A DNA stretch of 58,210 nucleotides, counting the filler, from Jimgerdemannia flammicorona (taxonomy: Eukaryota), in the NCBI GenBank assembly GCA_003990765.1. It is 3 parts of 3 records of this genome, joined end to end, with 100 filler letters (N's around TTAATTAATTAA, not from the genome) between each part and the next. Parts side by side here need not be neighbours in the genome. Positions count along the whole stretch, not along the records: positions 38,880 to 58,210 come from RBNJ01001965.1; 2 more parts are not named here. The stretch is one strand, 5' to 3'. Positions 38,780 through 51,399 of this stretch are shown here, one piece after another (position 1 is the first letter of the stretch; every line of letters begins with the position of its first letter). Made by a program: the position numbers and the translations under genes. The notes beneath the pieces are model-generated. The model made no database searches. It was not told where the DNA came from and worked only from the letters and a program-made list of their open reading frames with translations.

Positions 38780-38879
38780 NNNNNNNNNNNNNNNNNNNNN
38801 NNNNNNNNNNNNNNNNNNNNNNNTTAATTAATTAANNNNNNNNNNNNNNNNNNNNNNNNNNNNNNNNNNNNNNNNNNNN
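38780..38879. other. Artificial contig linker
   Basis: N44 + TTAATTAATTAA + N44. Confidence 0.98.
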
Positions 38880-39294
38880 TTTTCCAGCATTTTTGCCCCA
38901 CTTAAACAGTCTCACTCCATGTGTATGATGCACCGCAAAACATTGGCCGTACAGCTGAAAACTAAGATTCCCTTTTTTCTTTTTTCTTTCTTTCTTCATT
39001 GATGAATCGCGTTTCTTACTAGAAAAAGCTTCCAATTCCTATCTTATTACTAAGTAGCCTTGATATGTCCAGGTCTTAAAGACTCCACTTTTCTGATCAA
39101 AAAAATTTCTTGTAACTCAGTAGAATGCACACAAATGTTTTTTTTTTTTTTTTTTTTTTTCTTTTTGCCTATCTGTACAGACTCTCCTCAATTTTAAACC
39201 ATGTCGTGTAACGAATGAACAACAATAAGAAAAACATTTCCAATCCAGTGCTTTCCCCTTTAACGCACTCGTCCCCACACCATACATCGCGCTG

Positions 39295-39951
39295 CTACTG
39301 CCTCGCCACGATTTGGATGTTGTACTTCTTCTGGAAGGCTACGAACTCGTCCTCCTTCCTCTTGTAGCTCTGCAGGAACTGTTGAATCACGGAGTTGATC
39401 TGGAAGAGATACCATGTCGAAATAGCGAACATCGTCAAATGCCAATGATGAGATGGAGACGTCAAGGCAACTCCCCAAAAGTACCACACCAGACTACTCA
39501 CGCCTTCGTAGTTCGTTTTCAGCGCTGGCAATACATCCTTGACTGTCCGCTCGACCAGTACACCGCCGACCATACGGAAGCATTTGCGATCGCTGTTCAA
39601 GGGAGCGATCGTGTCAATGACAAGTCTACGAAGACAAAAGAGACGTCAGTCGATGTTCAATAGGGACGGTGTAAACATGATTTCGGGACAATGCAGGTCA
39701 AGAAAGTGCGTACTTGTGCTCCTCCACCTCTGCCTCGAGCTCGCCAACCTTTTGTGCTAGAGACTGTAGTTCGGATTTGTATTGGTTATACTGTACTTAT
39801 GTTGGGAGAAGCGATAGCGTGTCGTTGACATTGGCATGAGTAGGAGTGGTGGTGGTATGGTGAGAAATGCGGCGGCGGCTCAAAGTAGGCTTCAACGTAC
39901 CGTATTCATGATCTCGGTCTCTGTTGGCGTCCTCTCCTTAGATGCAGACAT
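39295..39951 (-). CDS. GIM4: Prefoldin subunit 2, multi-exon
   Basis: LQSLAQKVGELEAEVEEHK / LVIDTI...DRKCFRMVGGVLVERTVKDVLPAL / FQKKYNIQIV. Confidence 0.92.
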
Positions 39952-40093
39952 TTTTATGGGTGTGTGTGTTTGCACAAAAGATGTGGCGTCATCATCTCAG
40001 GTGACGGGCCTGGTCTATGAATTCACCGCCTTCCTTTTCCTCAATGGATCAAATTGTTGTGAGTAACGTCCCCTCTTCCTTTCTCCAGCCACA

Positions 40094-42195
40094 ATGTTCA
40101 TGAGAGCTCTACTGCGACCACGGCCTTTTCTCGCACCGTTCCGCACCACAACCCGGGCACTGCCGTTGTTTCTCGTACGTCGCTACGCGATTTTATCCCA
40201 CTCAAAACCTGGCGAGGGCGTTGCCTTCCAGGTCTTCGACCGCGCCTCCAAGCGGCGTCAACGCGACCGCGCCGCCTCCGACGTCGAGACGAGCCGGACC
40301 GTCGACTACCTGAGGGACGAGGTGGCGGCGAGGGTGGCGGATAGGTTGCTGGTGAGAGGGTTGTCTTGTGTTGGTGGGAAGGGTAGGAGTCATGGGTTTG
40401 AAAAACTCCTTTGATTTGTATCGAATTCATCATTTCTAATCCTCATTTGTAAGTTTGATCGTCTCTTTTTGCGAACCTCAGGACATCAAACGTGGCTTTG
40501 ATACCATCGTCGATCTCGGTTCTGGATGTGGCCACATCGTCAAGCAACTCGATAGCGACATAGCGCGCAGGATAGTCATGTGCGAGATGTCTGGTGAGGA
40601 TTAATCCTCTGATGTCACTGCCGTATCGTAGAAGAATATCATAGCCATCCTGATATGCTCACATTGAGCGTCTGGTTTCGATACTAGAGAGGATGTTGAA
40701 TCGGGATGTTGATAAAGAATATGAAGGTAAGGATATTTTACCGTTTTCATACTTAGTTTGAATATCTTGACTATTAACCGAAAAGTCCCGCGGCTGGGGA
40801 ATGAAACGGAGGTATGAAACTGTGATTGACCTTCGACATCGTCACATCTACTCCCATATTAGTCGAAGTGGAGCGCCGCCTCGTCGACGAGGAATTCCTC
40901 CCGTTCGAAGAGAACTCGCTTGAGGCCGTCGTCAGCAGCCTGTCATTACATTGGGTCAACGACCTACCGGGTGAGCGAACCACGGGATCGATGATTGGTG
41001 CTGTGGATATCTCTGTGAGGAGTTGAGACGGCTATAGCTAGGCGGCAGGCCCTCGCGCTCACGCGAACTGGCACCTGTCGCGCGAACCAGGCGCCTTGAT
41101 CCAGATTCAGCGAGCGTTGAAACCGGACGGCGTGTTCATTGGGGCTCTGCTAGGCGGTGACACTTTGTTTGAGTTGCGGTGAGTTGGATTGGGAATATTA
41201 TATGTTACATTGGAGCGAAGTGGTTATGCTGAACCCTTCTCATTTGTCGAATTCCACACCAACCCCTCAGAACTTCCCTCCAACTCGCTGAGCTCGAACG
41301 CGAGAGCGGCATCTCCCCGCGCGTCTCCCCCCTCACCGGTACGCACGTTCCTTAAACTCGTTTGGCGCACTCACTGTCAACCACACCGTCCTTCTCACCC
41401 CTTCCATCTCAACTTCGATACAGACACCCGCGATCTCGGTAGCCTGCTCTCCCGTGCGGGGTTCACGCTCACTACCGTCGACATCGACGAGGTTGTCGTC
41501 AACTATCCGAGCGCGCTAGAGCTAATGCAGGATCTGAGGGCTATGGGGGAGAGTAACGCGGTACTCAGTCGGTGAGTTAGGGAGGGGTTGTAGATTTGAG
41601 ATCTTGAGTCTTCTACAGATCGGGTATGGTGTGTTGGATTTTGCGTGTGATATTTTATTGTTGTCGTGCTGGTCTAATGGTGATTCGGATTAAAGGCAGG
41701 AACTCGATCGTTATTAGGAAAAAAAATTCTGATTGAATTGAGTTTCTTTCATTTTGACTTGCAGCCGTCCCTTCCTGAAGCGCGATACGCTGTTAGCCGC
41801 GGCGGCGATATACAAGGGTACGTATCGTTTTCTTGGCGTACATATTTTTTAAGCCTCGTCATATAATTTTCGTGATGCGAATCCCTCGGATGTAGAACTA
41901 CATGGTAATCCAGACGGGTCCGTCCCGGCGACGTTCCAGATTTTGTACATGGTGGGTGTCGAGGCACCGGGAGTTGTGGTTTAGGAAGGCATCACGCGAG
42001 AATGATGGAAACTCTTATTAGCAGCGACGTGCACACAAACTAACGTATCAATTCTATGATTTGTTGTTTGATGAACACCAGATCGGCTGGAAGCCCTCGC
42101 CCCTGACACCGCAGCCCAAGGAACGCGATTCGGGCACCGTATCACTCAAGGATATGCTGACCGGCGGGGTCGGGAAAGAGGATGGGAAGGCATGA
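40094..42195 (+). CDS. NDUFAF5: NADH dehydrogenase complex I assembly factor 5 (SAM-methyltransferase fold), multi-exon
   Basis: [74 protein letters not shown]. Confidence 0.92.
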
Positions 42196-43126
42196 GGAGA
42201 GTGGGGCTGTGAAGGATGATTGACGCGAGGGACCGTTGGGAGCCTCGGCCAGAATGGGTTTTTACGGGCTTTTGGAGGGTTAAACTTGGCAAGTGACGTT
42301 ATAGGAATCGAAATTTTTATGTTGTAAAATACGGTCTGTATACATCCAGATAGCTGTTGTGGGATTCTTACTATTGAGATGGCCTAATCGCAAGTTTGGC
42401 AAGGTAATGCCATGAAGGACCACGGTGTCTAGTTAACATAGTACACTGATGATGGGACATGGAAGCGGAAAGTTGAAATACGAATCGCAGATGGGAAAAT
42501 GACTTTTACAATATTACCAATGTCAACAATTGATACTGATGATCGCTAAGATCGGGATGGTTTGTACCTTAAACCAACTATATCAACCACCAGGATGGAA
42601 GGTCGATGTGGCAAAGGCTGTTTCGCCTGTGGCCTGTTGAGTGTATCTGGCCAGTTATGATACGTGAGTAGTACTGGCGGCGGACGCTGTGCGATGAGAT
42701 TAAACTGCTTTTGTCTTGGGCTGCCGAATCGTCAAGGCAAGCGGCCATCCGTTCGTCGAAGAAGGCGCAAAGCTAAATATGTGTTCAATAATTGCATCGC
42801 GTTTTTTTTTTCCTGGGCATGATATTGGTCATGCGTGTGTCGGAAACTCTAAATTCCCATGCTCGCATTCATTCATAGAGTTAGCATCAAAGGCTTTGAA
42901 TAAATAATACGATGATAGAGGGATGAGAAATTGGATTGAAATTAGACGAAGGGTCACGTCGCAGCAAACGAGCCTCATCTCGAGACAAGCGTGAAAACAG
43001 CAGCCGGCATTTTATTATACACATACATTTGGGAAGTCCCCAATTCTAAAAATTATAACTTTGAAATATCTAAACCGCCAAGCTCGCCCACCGTCAACAG
43101 CACTCATTTCAAATTAGTTCGACCCC

Positions 43127-43489
43127 CTATCGAGCCTCGAACTGAACCACTATACAATGTAAGGCAGCCAAGATCAGCGAAAACTACGAACATTTTGTTC
43201 CGTATACTTTACAGAAAAGAGGCACAATAAAAAAACGATTCTCACTTCGTCTGGTTCGCTTCTTGTACATAATGCGGTGTCCGCAATCCTGGCAACGAAT
43301 GGGCTCCCTAGGCTTGATCTGATTCTCCGAACCACAATCTATTTGAGAGGGCCAGAGACATTGGGTAATGGTGAGGTAATTTGGCAAGGATTGGTTAACA
43401 TAAGAAGTCTGAGATAGCCTAACCTACGTACCGGCACAGATGTAAGTCATTTGTTGGGGAGGTTGCCTGATGGCTGGCTGTTGGTTCAT
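43127..43489 (-). CDS. RPC10: RNA polymerase I/II/III shared subunit RPABC4 (Rpb12), 3 exons
   Basis: [44 protein letters not shown]. Confidence 0.95.
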
Positions 43490-43690
43490 GTTTGGAGGCT
43501 GTAAACGTTGTTCTGGGTGAACTGTACCATTTTGTTGACAAATTTTCGTCTCAGGTCATGTGACAAGCCACCTAGGTTTTTTAACATTCCAAAGCATGCG
43601 ACAAGTCTTGATGATTTTCAGCAGGTGTATAGAGCCCAACACTTGAGAAAATATCCTGATTTATATATGTGGTTCTTCTCTCTTTCTCTC

Positions 43691-43726
<36 letters not shown>

Positions 43727-44364
43727 TATTGTTTTTTGCTTTTTTTTTTTCTTTTTTTTTTTTTTTTTCTTCTACTAATATATAATGTAGTTTGCTCTTG
43801 TTTATTCCTTTTTATTTTCTGTCAATTATACCTTCATCAAATCAGTTTTATACTTATTATTAATACTAAACTCAATAATGTGTACCAAATAAACCTGAAG
43901 AGTCTCGTTTGAGACCACAGGTCAATGAATGCATGAATGTTCTTGGCGCCGATGTTCTGGCGCCAAACGCCTTGTCTTTGTTTCGGGCGTTGCTTGTTTC
44001 GCTCAGATTTCCGTTAGTGGACGTATATTTCCCCTTTTAGCTATCAAGGTTATGCGTGCTTTATTCTTCGGCCTTCTCTTCTCTATACGCTACTCTTCGA
44101 ACTTCTACGTTCACTCGTCTTCGTGTACATTCGCACTCGCTTTTATTCAACCACCCTCCCTCCCAGCAATGGTAGAAGGGCCGGTTTTCTACCGTGTGTT
44201 TCACCCAAATACATATTTAACATTTTGTGTGGCTTCGTGGGTCCTCTTGCGTGTTCCGGGTTGTTTGGTCTCATCGGACATCATATCTAGACATTGATGG
44301 GTCCTCTTGCGCGGTCCGATCTGTTTTTCGTTTGGACATTATAGCTAGACATTGATCATCTGCC

Positions 44365-45537
44365 TCAGTTAGCTTTCTTCACCTCAGTCTGAGCATCAAT
44401 GATGTCGGAGTCCTTCGCCTGTTTCTGCCAGACCTTCCGGTCGTTCCTAATCACTGAGTTATATTGCTCGTCTGTTGGCTGGCGGTGGGACCCACCAGCG
44501 CGGTCCCATAGAGTGAAGTATTGGCCGTAATTGTAGTTGAAATACAGGTGGTGCACAGTGTGGTGCGCAGCGGAGTTGATGATACCTGAGCGCAGGAAGT
44601 AGTTGCCTAGTGAACATTGTGATGATGTATACATGAGATGGTGAGAAAATGGAATAAATAAATCAAAGAAATGAAGGAACATATGACTACCCTTGCATGT
44701 CTAAAAGATAATTTGACTTTAAATGGGTTTGAAAAACAGCTTACCGTCATGGATCAAGACAGTCCACAGATTGACAAGGCAGAATAAGATAAGGTATAGG
44801 GCCTTGTTGAGCGGGAAAATGAAGGGAAACACGTGGTAAGGGAGCGACTGCAGCCAGCCGTCGATGGGATGGAAGGCGTGCGAAGCGAATGGGGTGGGAA
44901 CTATTGGGAGAGACATGCATACAAAAGATAATATGTTAACATCGTTTACATCGGAACTACAGCCCTGGTAGGCTTAGTAATAGAAAGATATACAGCAGAT
45001 ACTTACCAATCCACTTGTGATGGGGCTGGGTTTTGCAGAGTGGTTTAGGTGAGTAACGAAATCTCTGCCACGGATCCGATCAAACACATTCTTTGATGTC
45101 GAGTCTCACCTTGTGCACCCACTTATAAACGGAAGGATGATACTCCGCACGATGGATGAAGTAAATTCCCATATCCGTGAAGAACAAGAACAAAGCGGTC
45201 GAGAGCGCAAGGTATGCGAATCCGTACTCTCTAGGATCGTCGTAGAGCCTTGAGTATCCCTTCACCTCCGCCCAAAAAATCGGGCAGTCAGAATTGTGAA
45301 CCCAGGAACGGCGGAAGAGGCGGAGATGATCTCGAGCTTGACCTGATTCTTGAGGAAACGCGGATGCTTCATCTGTTCTTTGTCATAGAACAAATAATAG
45401 GAGGCGGTCGCGAAGATGAAGTAGAAGGCCCAGCCCCCCAGCGAGACGAGGACGAAAAGGGATAGGTTTATCCGAAAGTCATTGTCGCGCGACCTTATTT
45501 CCGGAAACACGTGTCGGAGTCGCCCCATTCGATTCAT
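44365..45537 (-). CDS. ERG3: C-5 sterol desaturase, multi-exon; apparent frameshift at ~45282 and unresolved 5' end
   Basis: His boxes [17 protein letters not shown] and [33 protein letters not shown]. Confidence 0.88.
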
Positions 45538-46295
45538 CTCACTATTAATCCATAGAGGTTGTTATCCGTTCGCGTCGAGAAAACCGGCTGATCTGGAAAC
45601 GCGGTGCGACCGAACTACTGGGTCGGCAAATCTGATAAAGCAACGAGGCAATTGCCCAAGGGGTTGCCTTCCTTCCCTCTTGCCATTCCACAATAGCAAA
45701 TTGCTCTCGCCATGGATTAGCCTCGATGAACGTAAGGTATCGACCTCGACTTCACCAAAACCGACATCACCGTATGATACGCGCAAGCAGAAATTTGGGT
45801 ATACAGGAACTGCACTTAGAATGGCGCGCTTATTCGTGTTGATCACGTAATTGTTCTAATGAAGGAATGAAGGTATCTGAGCAACCAACAAAGTCGACAC
45901 CTCCGATCGTCCGCGCGACACTTATAGACAACTGGCGTTGCACGACGACTTGTATATTCTTCTATTAAAGCAAAGTGGCAGCTTCTTTCGCCTGTAGGCT
46001 GATGCAAAGTGCACAAAGTTGACATGGATTCCCGGTTGCCGAGTATCACGAAGATGAGTTACTACTGACAGCAAGGCTGTCATCATCGCTCTCATTTCAA
46101 GATGAATCCACGACCAAATTATCCCCCGAATAAGGTATATCATGGGTCCATCCGGCATCGATTACTGTACAAGGAAAAATCTACTCTTGCAATGTGCCTT
46201 CTCCAAAACCCTCCTTCTCCTGTAGATCACGCCACTCTCCTTATCCATATGTACGGCCCAAAGTAACATGACCACACGTTCCCGCTAAACTATCC

Positions 46296-48562
46296 TCAGC
46301 CGTGCGAGGGAAAGTCATAAAATCCCGAGCTGAGGAGGTAGCCGATCACGGCGATGATGAGAGCTATGAAAACGGCGAGGAAAGGACTGAATGACTCTAT
46401 AGGATCGTGTGGAGATTCAGAAGGGACGGGTGTGAGTGTCACCGTTGCGAGAGTTGAGCACGTGAGAGATATGTGAAATAAACAGTATGGCGTGATACTG
46501 GAACATGTGTTCAGTCAGACCATCCCGCCACTCCCTCCGCTGTCGCCACATCCGACAAAATACCGCAGCCGCCGACCAATAATTCAAACCCACCTTTCTC
46601 GAGCTTCGCCGGCAAATCCACGACCCTACACCGGCTATCGACCGACCCACTGACCAGGATGCGATCATCACGATTAAAAGCCAAGCAGGTAATCGAGAAA
46701 CCGTGCGCGTTCTTGATCTGAAACAACGGCTAGCGAATCGAGAGAATTTGAAGGGGTCGCAATAAGCACAGGAACATATCAATTGTTCAACCCGAAGTAA
46801 ACCGCATAAGACAACGGGGTCCGGATTCGCGCCGAGCGAGAAGAACATACCCGTAGGTTATCCGCATCCGCGATGCCGATCACCAGGTCCGAGGATGCGT
46901 AGGCGAGGAGATGGCCCTCCGAGCTGTACGAAGAGTGATTGAAGGAATAAGCTCGGGAGAAGATTGATAATTTTCGCGTTACCCGTACCACCGTCCTCTC
47001 TCTGCTCAAGAAGGACCGCAGTTCCCTTTTTAGGATTCGCTCAACGACGCTTGTAACCCCACGTTCCCCGCACCTACCCACCTGATCGTGAACGCCGTGA
47101 TCGGCTTCTTGCTCACGCCCTCGTTCCTGACTCTCTGCAACGTGTCGACACGCCACTTGGAGATAAACCCATGCGTTCGCGACGTCGGATTGACGACGGT
47201 GAAGAGGAAGTCGGAGGTTTTGCCGGCGCCGAAGCTGTGGCGGTGTAATCGGTGTTGAAGGGAGCAGAGGAAAAAAGGAGGTCGTGATCGGCATGGCATC
47301 CATGTCCTCGAAAATGCGATGATAATAGTAGTCCCTCCCGTAAGCGGCAAACCCGTCCTATATTCATCGAATCCAAAACAAACCCTCCAAATATTCAACC
47401 CTTTGTCCTCCTGCCCCACTATCAACCCACCGACACGCCCTGAATTCGCACGTGGTTTTCTTGTTTAAGGTCGGGTTGTCAATCGTCTGCAGCACGCGTC
47501 CGTCTTTGACCGCCATCAACCGCAGGATCTTCGCGGTGACAGCGACGATACGGTCAGAGGCAGCGTCCACGTCGGCGTCCAGAACCTCCTTCTTGTCGAG
47601 GTTGATGGGAGGGAAGGCCGCCTTGAACGACGGATACCGGAGAACCGTCAGACGACCGTCTGTCGTACCCGTCACGAGGTATTTGCCATCGCGGCTGAAG
47701 CGGGCGACTTTCTGCGAGGGCCGGGTGTCGAAGGCAATGAAGCCATGAAAAGGTTTGCCGGTGGTGAATAGAGATGCTGACGTTTATAGTTCAAAGGACG
47801 CTTCTTGCAAAATCCTGAATACTACATTGATAAACCACAATATATTGCATGGTGGGCAAGCTTAAAACGACGAGCGAATGCGAATGAGATAGTTCACCTG
47901 ATAATCGATTGGTTGTCGACTTTCGATTGTCTGGACAGATTTCACAGGCTCAATCCTACAATGGCATCCCAAGTATGTATTCGGCGTAAATTAATACAAC
48001 CTGAACCTGCCCTTTGGCGGTATCCTTCAGTGTAACCTTTGAACAGGACTCACAGGTTATCGCCGTATTTGAACATCCGGAGGTTTTTGTTGTCGCCAGC
48101 CTGGATCGCCTTCTCTTGGCTATTGATGCCACAAGCAAAAATGAGTTCCTGAAGAATGGCGTTGAAAATGTGAAATATATTTCGATTAGTTTCACATGCC
48201 TGTAACTAACAATCATGGCGAGCTGAACCAGGATATGTGTTCATACCTCCGGGTGGACGGACAAGCACATGGGTGCGTCCTCCTCGTTAGACAGGAGACG
48301 AGACGCGTATTCTGCGGCCGTTTCTTTCGGTGCGTCAATGTTATACAGAACCTAAGCATAATAATATCGCCAAGGCTTAACACGATGGTGATTGGATTAT
48401 GGTATCCTAGAACTAAATCAAAAAAGGACGTACAAGCTTGTTGTTCACGCCGGAACGGCCGGGACCACCGCCACCGCCGACGACCAGTTTATTGTCTGGT
48501 GTGAAGGCGAGGCAGAAGACAGGCAGGTCGACATTGACGAGAAAGTGGTGGGGTTTTCCCAT
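46296..48562 (-). CDS. SEC12: Sec12/PREB-like Sar1 GEF (WD40 propeller, C-terminal TM), multi-exon
   Basis: N-terminal LVVGGGGGPGRSGVNNKL (K-loop-like); QKVARFSRDGKYLVTGTTDG; AHGFSITCLAF...LVSGSVDS; hydrophobic tail FLAVFIALIIAVIGYLL. Confidence 0.85.
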
Positions 48563-48700
48563 TGCAATGAAGAGATGAGTATTGAAGGAGGAGGAAAACG
48601 TGGTTCAATTAATTAGAAGGCGGGGTGACGCCATTCCCCCAAGCCACAAATCAAACGCCGTCCCATTTTGCTGTCCACACCACCCCACACCCATCCAGCG

Positions 48701-49421
48701 ATGACCTCTACAACCTCCAACGACGCCAATGCACAGCAACAACCGCTCACCTACATTCCCTACAAGAATGAGATACAGCTACCTCCCATAATGAAGCTCA
48801 TTGAGGATGACCTTTCCGAGCCTTACTCAATATACACGTACCGCTACTTTATTCACAACTGGCCACAACTCTGCTTCATGGCGAACGACAAGGACAAGTG
48901 CGTCGGGGTCATCATTTGCAAGCTGGATTACCACCGCGAGGAAAGGTTGCGCGGGTACATTGCGATGCTCGCTGTTGCAAAGGAGTATCGGAAACGGAAG
49001 ATCGGGACTACTTTGGTCGAGATGGCGATACATGCAATGAAGGAACAGAACGCGGACGAGGTGGGTTGGTGGGGCAGAATAATACGCGATTTAGAACCAA
49101 GAGAGGGAGGTTTAGGGTTACGGAGAGTTTTCACGATGTCATGCTTGAATTGTGAAATATTAGAGGATTTAAATCTACCCGGCCGATACTGACACATTTC
49201 AACCACGCTTTCAATCCGATCAGATTGTCCTTGAGACGGAATACACCAACCAGGGTGCCCTCAGCCTATACCAGCACCTTGGATTTATCCGTGACAAGCG
49301 GCTGCACCGATACTATTTGAACGGTGTCGACGCCTTCCGGCTCAAACTCTTTTGCAAGAGCATGGTGGGGGAACCGCCAGTTGCCAGTGAAGGGAAGGGA
49401 AAAGATGCGATGTGTGCATAA
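48701..49421 (+). CDS. MAK3: NatC catalytic N-acetyltransferase (Mak3/Naa30), 2 exons
   Basis: [35 protein letters not shown]...[23 protein letters not shown]; intron 49061-49223. Confidence 0.95.
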
Positions 49422-50825
49422 GACCTAATAGGTGTGAGGGAGGTCTTGATGTGGTTCGATGGGTCAGGGATAGGAAAGAAAGACAAATAGTCATTAATAT
49501 TACGAAAATTACGGACATTGGACTTTGCGCGTTGATATTCGTATTATGTTCTGAGGGTGTCGCATGTTTATGGTTTTATTTTTGTGCATAGAAATTTGTA
49601 TATGTGCGGCATCGTGTCATTGGATAGATATCACAGATTTTTCGCCTTCATTGTCATCTCTGTCTAAGTTGTATACTGTATGACCATCAAACAAGACCCA
49701 GCATACTCCTGTATGTTGTTCGCATATAATATAACTTTTAACCAACTTGACATGCACAGCACGGTGACACGATGAGATCCATTTTAGTTTTACCTCATTT
49801 CCCCATTAGGAGAATTAGGTGCCGCATTTACATGAAGCCCATCTGGAAAGATTCCAATACGTGATACACAACATCGTCAAAAGCTTAACGTCGCCAACGT
49901 TTTTGTAGACTTTTGGGTACGTGCATTATCACCCGGCTACTTTGTAGTTGGTCATTGTTAAAGCTGAGGCGATTGGGAAATGCGGCGATGAACAGGAAAA
50001 CATAAAACATTGCCAGTATCCACCACACACAGCGAACATCACCGCTAACGGCACATGTCACTACTCCCTAACAGAAGTCGTGGATAGGTCGTGAATAGAA
50101 GCGCTCTCTCGCTTCAGTATTTGGAATCGTTTGGACGTTTTATTTTATTTTATTTTTTAAAAAAGGGGGGGTAGCTGGCTGGTTTCCCATCTGCAAACCA
50201 ACTTAAGTTGTAGCTATGTATCCTGCCCGACGGTACCTGCCTTCACGACAAATGTTACAAATCTGGTGACGTCGAAGCCATCGTCATACACATTCTGTGT
50301 GAGAGGTATCTGAACCAAACTGAATATGATATAGTGGGATACTCAGACGAGCATCTGAAAAATATTCTTATGCATAGTGTGTGTGGAATCTGCATTCAGT
50401 ATATACTCAGTATAGAGCTTTGTACAAAATATGTGTAGGATGCAAGATCCAGTATCAGATTCAGTACTGACTTAAATATGGTGCAAAATTTTGTATAGAT
50501 TTTGCAAAGAATTATTTTGTGCTAAATTAGTGCTGGATAATTATATACATATTATATACAAGATAATATTGCATATAATCAGTATAAAGTTTTGCAAAGA
50601 ATTTTGCATAAAGTAAAAATATAGTGCTAGATATTATGCAAAATTCTGTACATAGTATTCTACTACACAATTTGTCCAGATTCAGTGTAGATTTTGTATA
50701 GATTTGCTAAAGATATTAAGGCTGCAGTTTTTAAAGCCCTGAGGGCTATATATTTACTAAATAAGGAACCTGCTGTAGCAAGTCTTAGCCACCATTGAAA
50801 TAGCATTCTATTTGAAATAAGTAAC

Positions 50826-51378
50826 TGATACTATAATAATTTCACAGTCATATCTTAGTCTTAGTATTTTTTTGCATCTTTTTTCTAGTTTTTTCTTATC
50901 TTTTCTTAAATATTCCACTATATTCCAGTATCTTCTGAATGCCTAGAAATCTTCTCTTAGTACTAAGACATTACTAGAACATTTTTGTCTTCTCTCAGCA
51001 CTAAGTATCTTATCTTAGCTAGTTATAGAACCTTTTGGAACATTGTAGAATTCTATTAGTCATCTTTGCCAAGAATCTATTACTTGGTTTTTCTCTTCTT
51101 TTCTAAGATCCTTTTGAATCTTTCTTTCAGATTCTATATAAATATTCTTATTCTTTACTTAAATAAAGTTTAGAATATTTTCTCTTAGAATTTTTTCAAA
51201 AATACTTAAACCTACAAATATCTCTTTGAGCTACTTTAGATCTGCCAGAATTATCAGTCTTAGCCACTTTCTTTTAAAAAAACTAAAACTATTATACTTG
51301 ATAGCAGCAGTATTATTATATCTTATCTTATTAAAAAATCTCATATAAATTCAGAAACCGGTCACAACTAGTCACATA
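50826..51378 (+). repeat. Probable decayed solo LTR
   Basis: TATATAAAT at ~51136, AATAAA at ~51162, ends GTCACA; CpG-poor. No partner in the window. Confidence 0.4.
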
Positions 51379-51399
51379 AGTCTAATGAGTTATAGAGAA

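Noticed and set aside
43508..44297. Track ORFs 43508-43912 and 43929-44297
   Set aside because: Low-complexity intergenic sequence with no recognisable motif.
20283..49421. Functional gene cluster among the eight host genes
   Set aside because: Unrelated housekeeping functions, split across artificially joined contigs.
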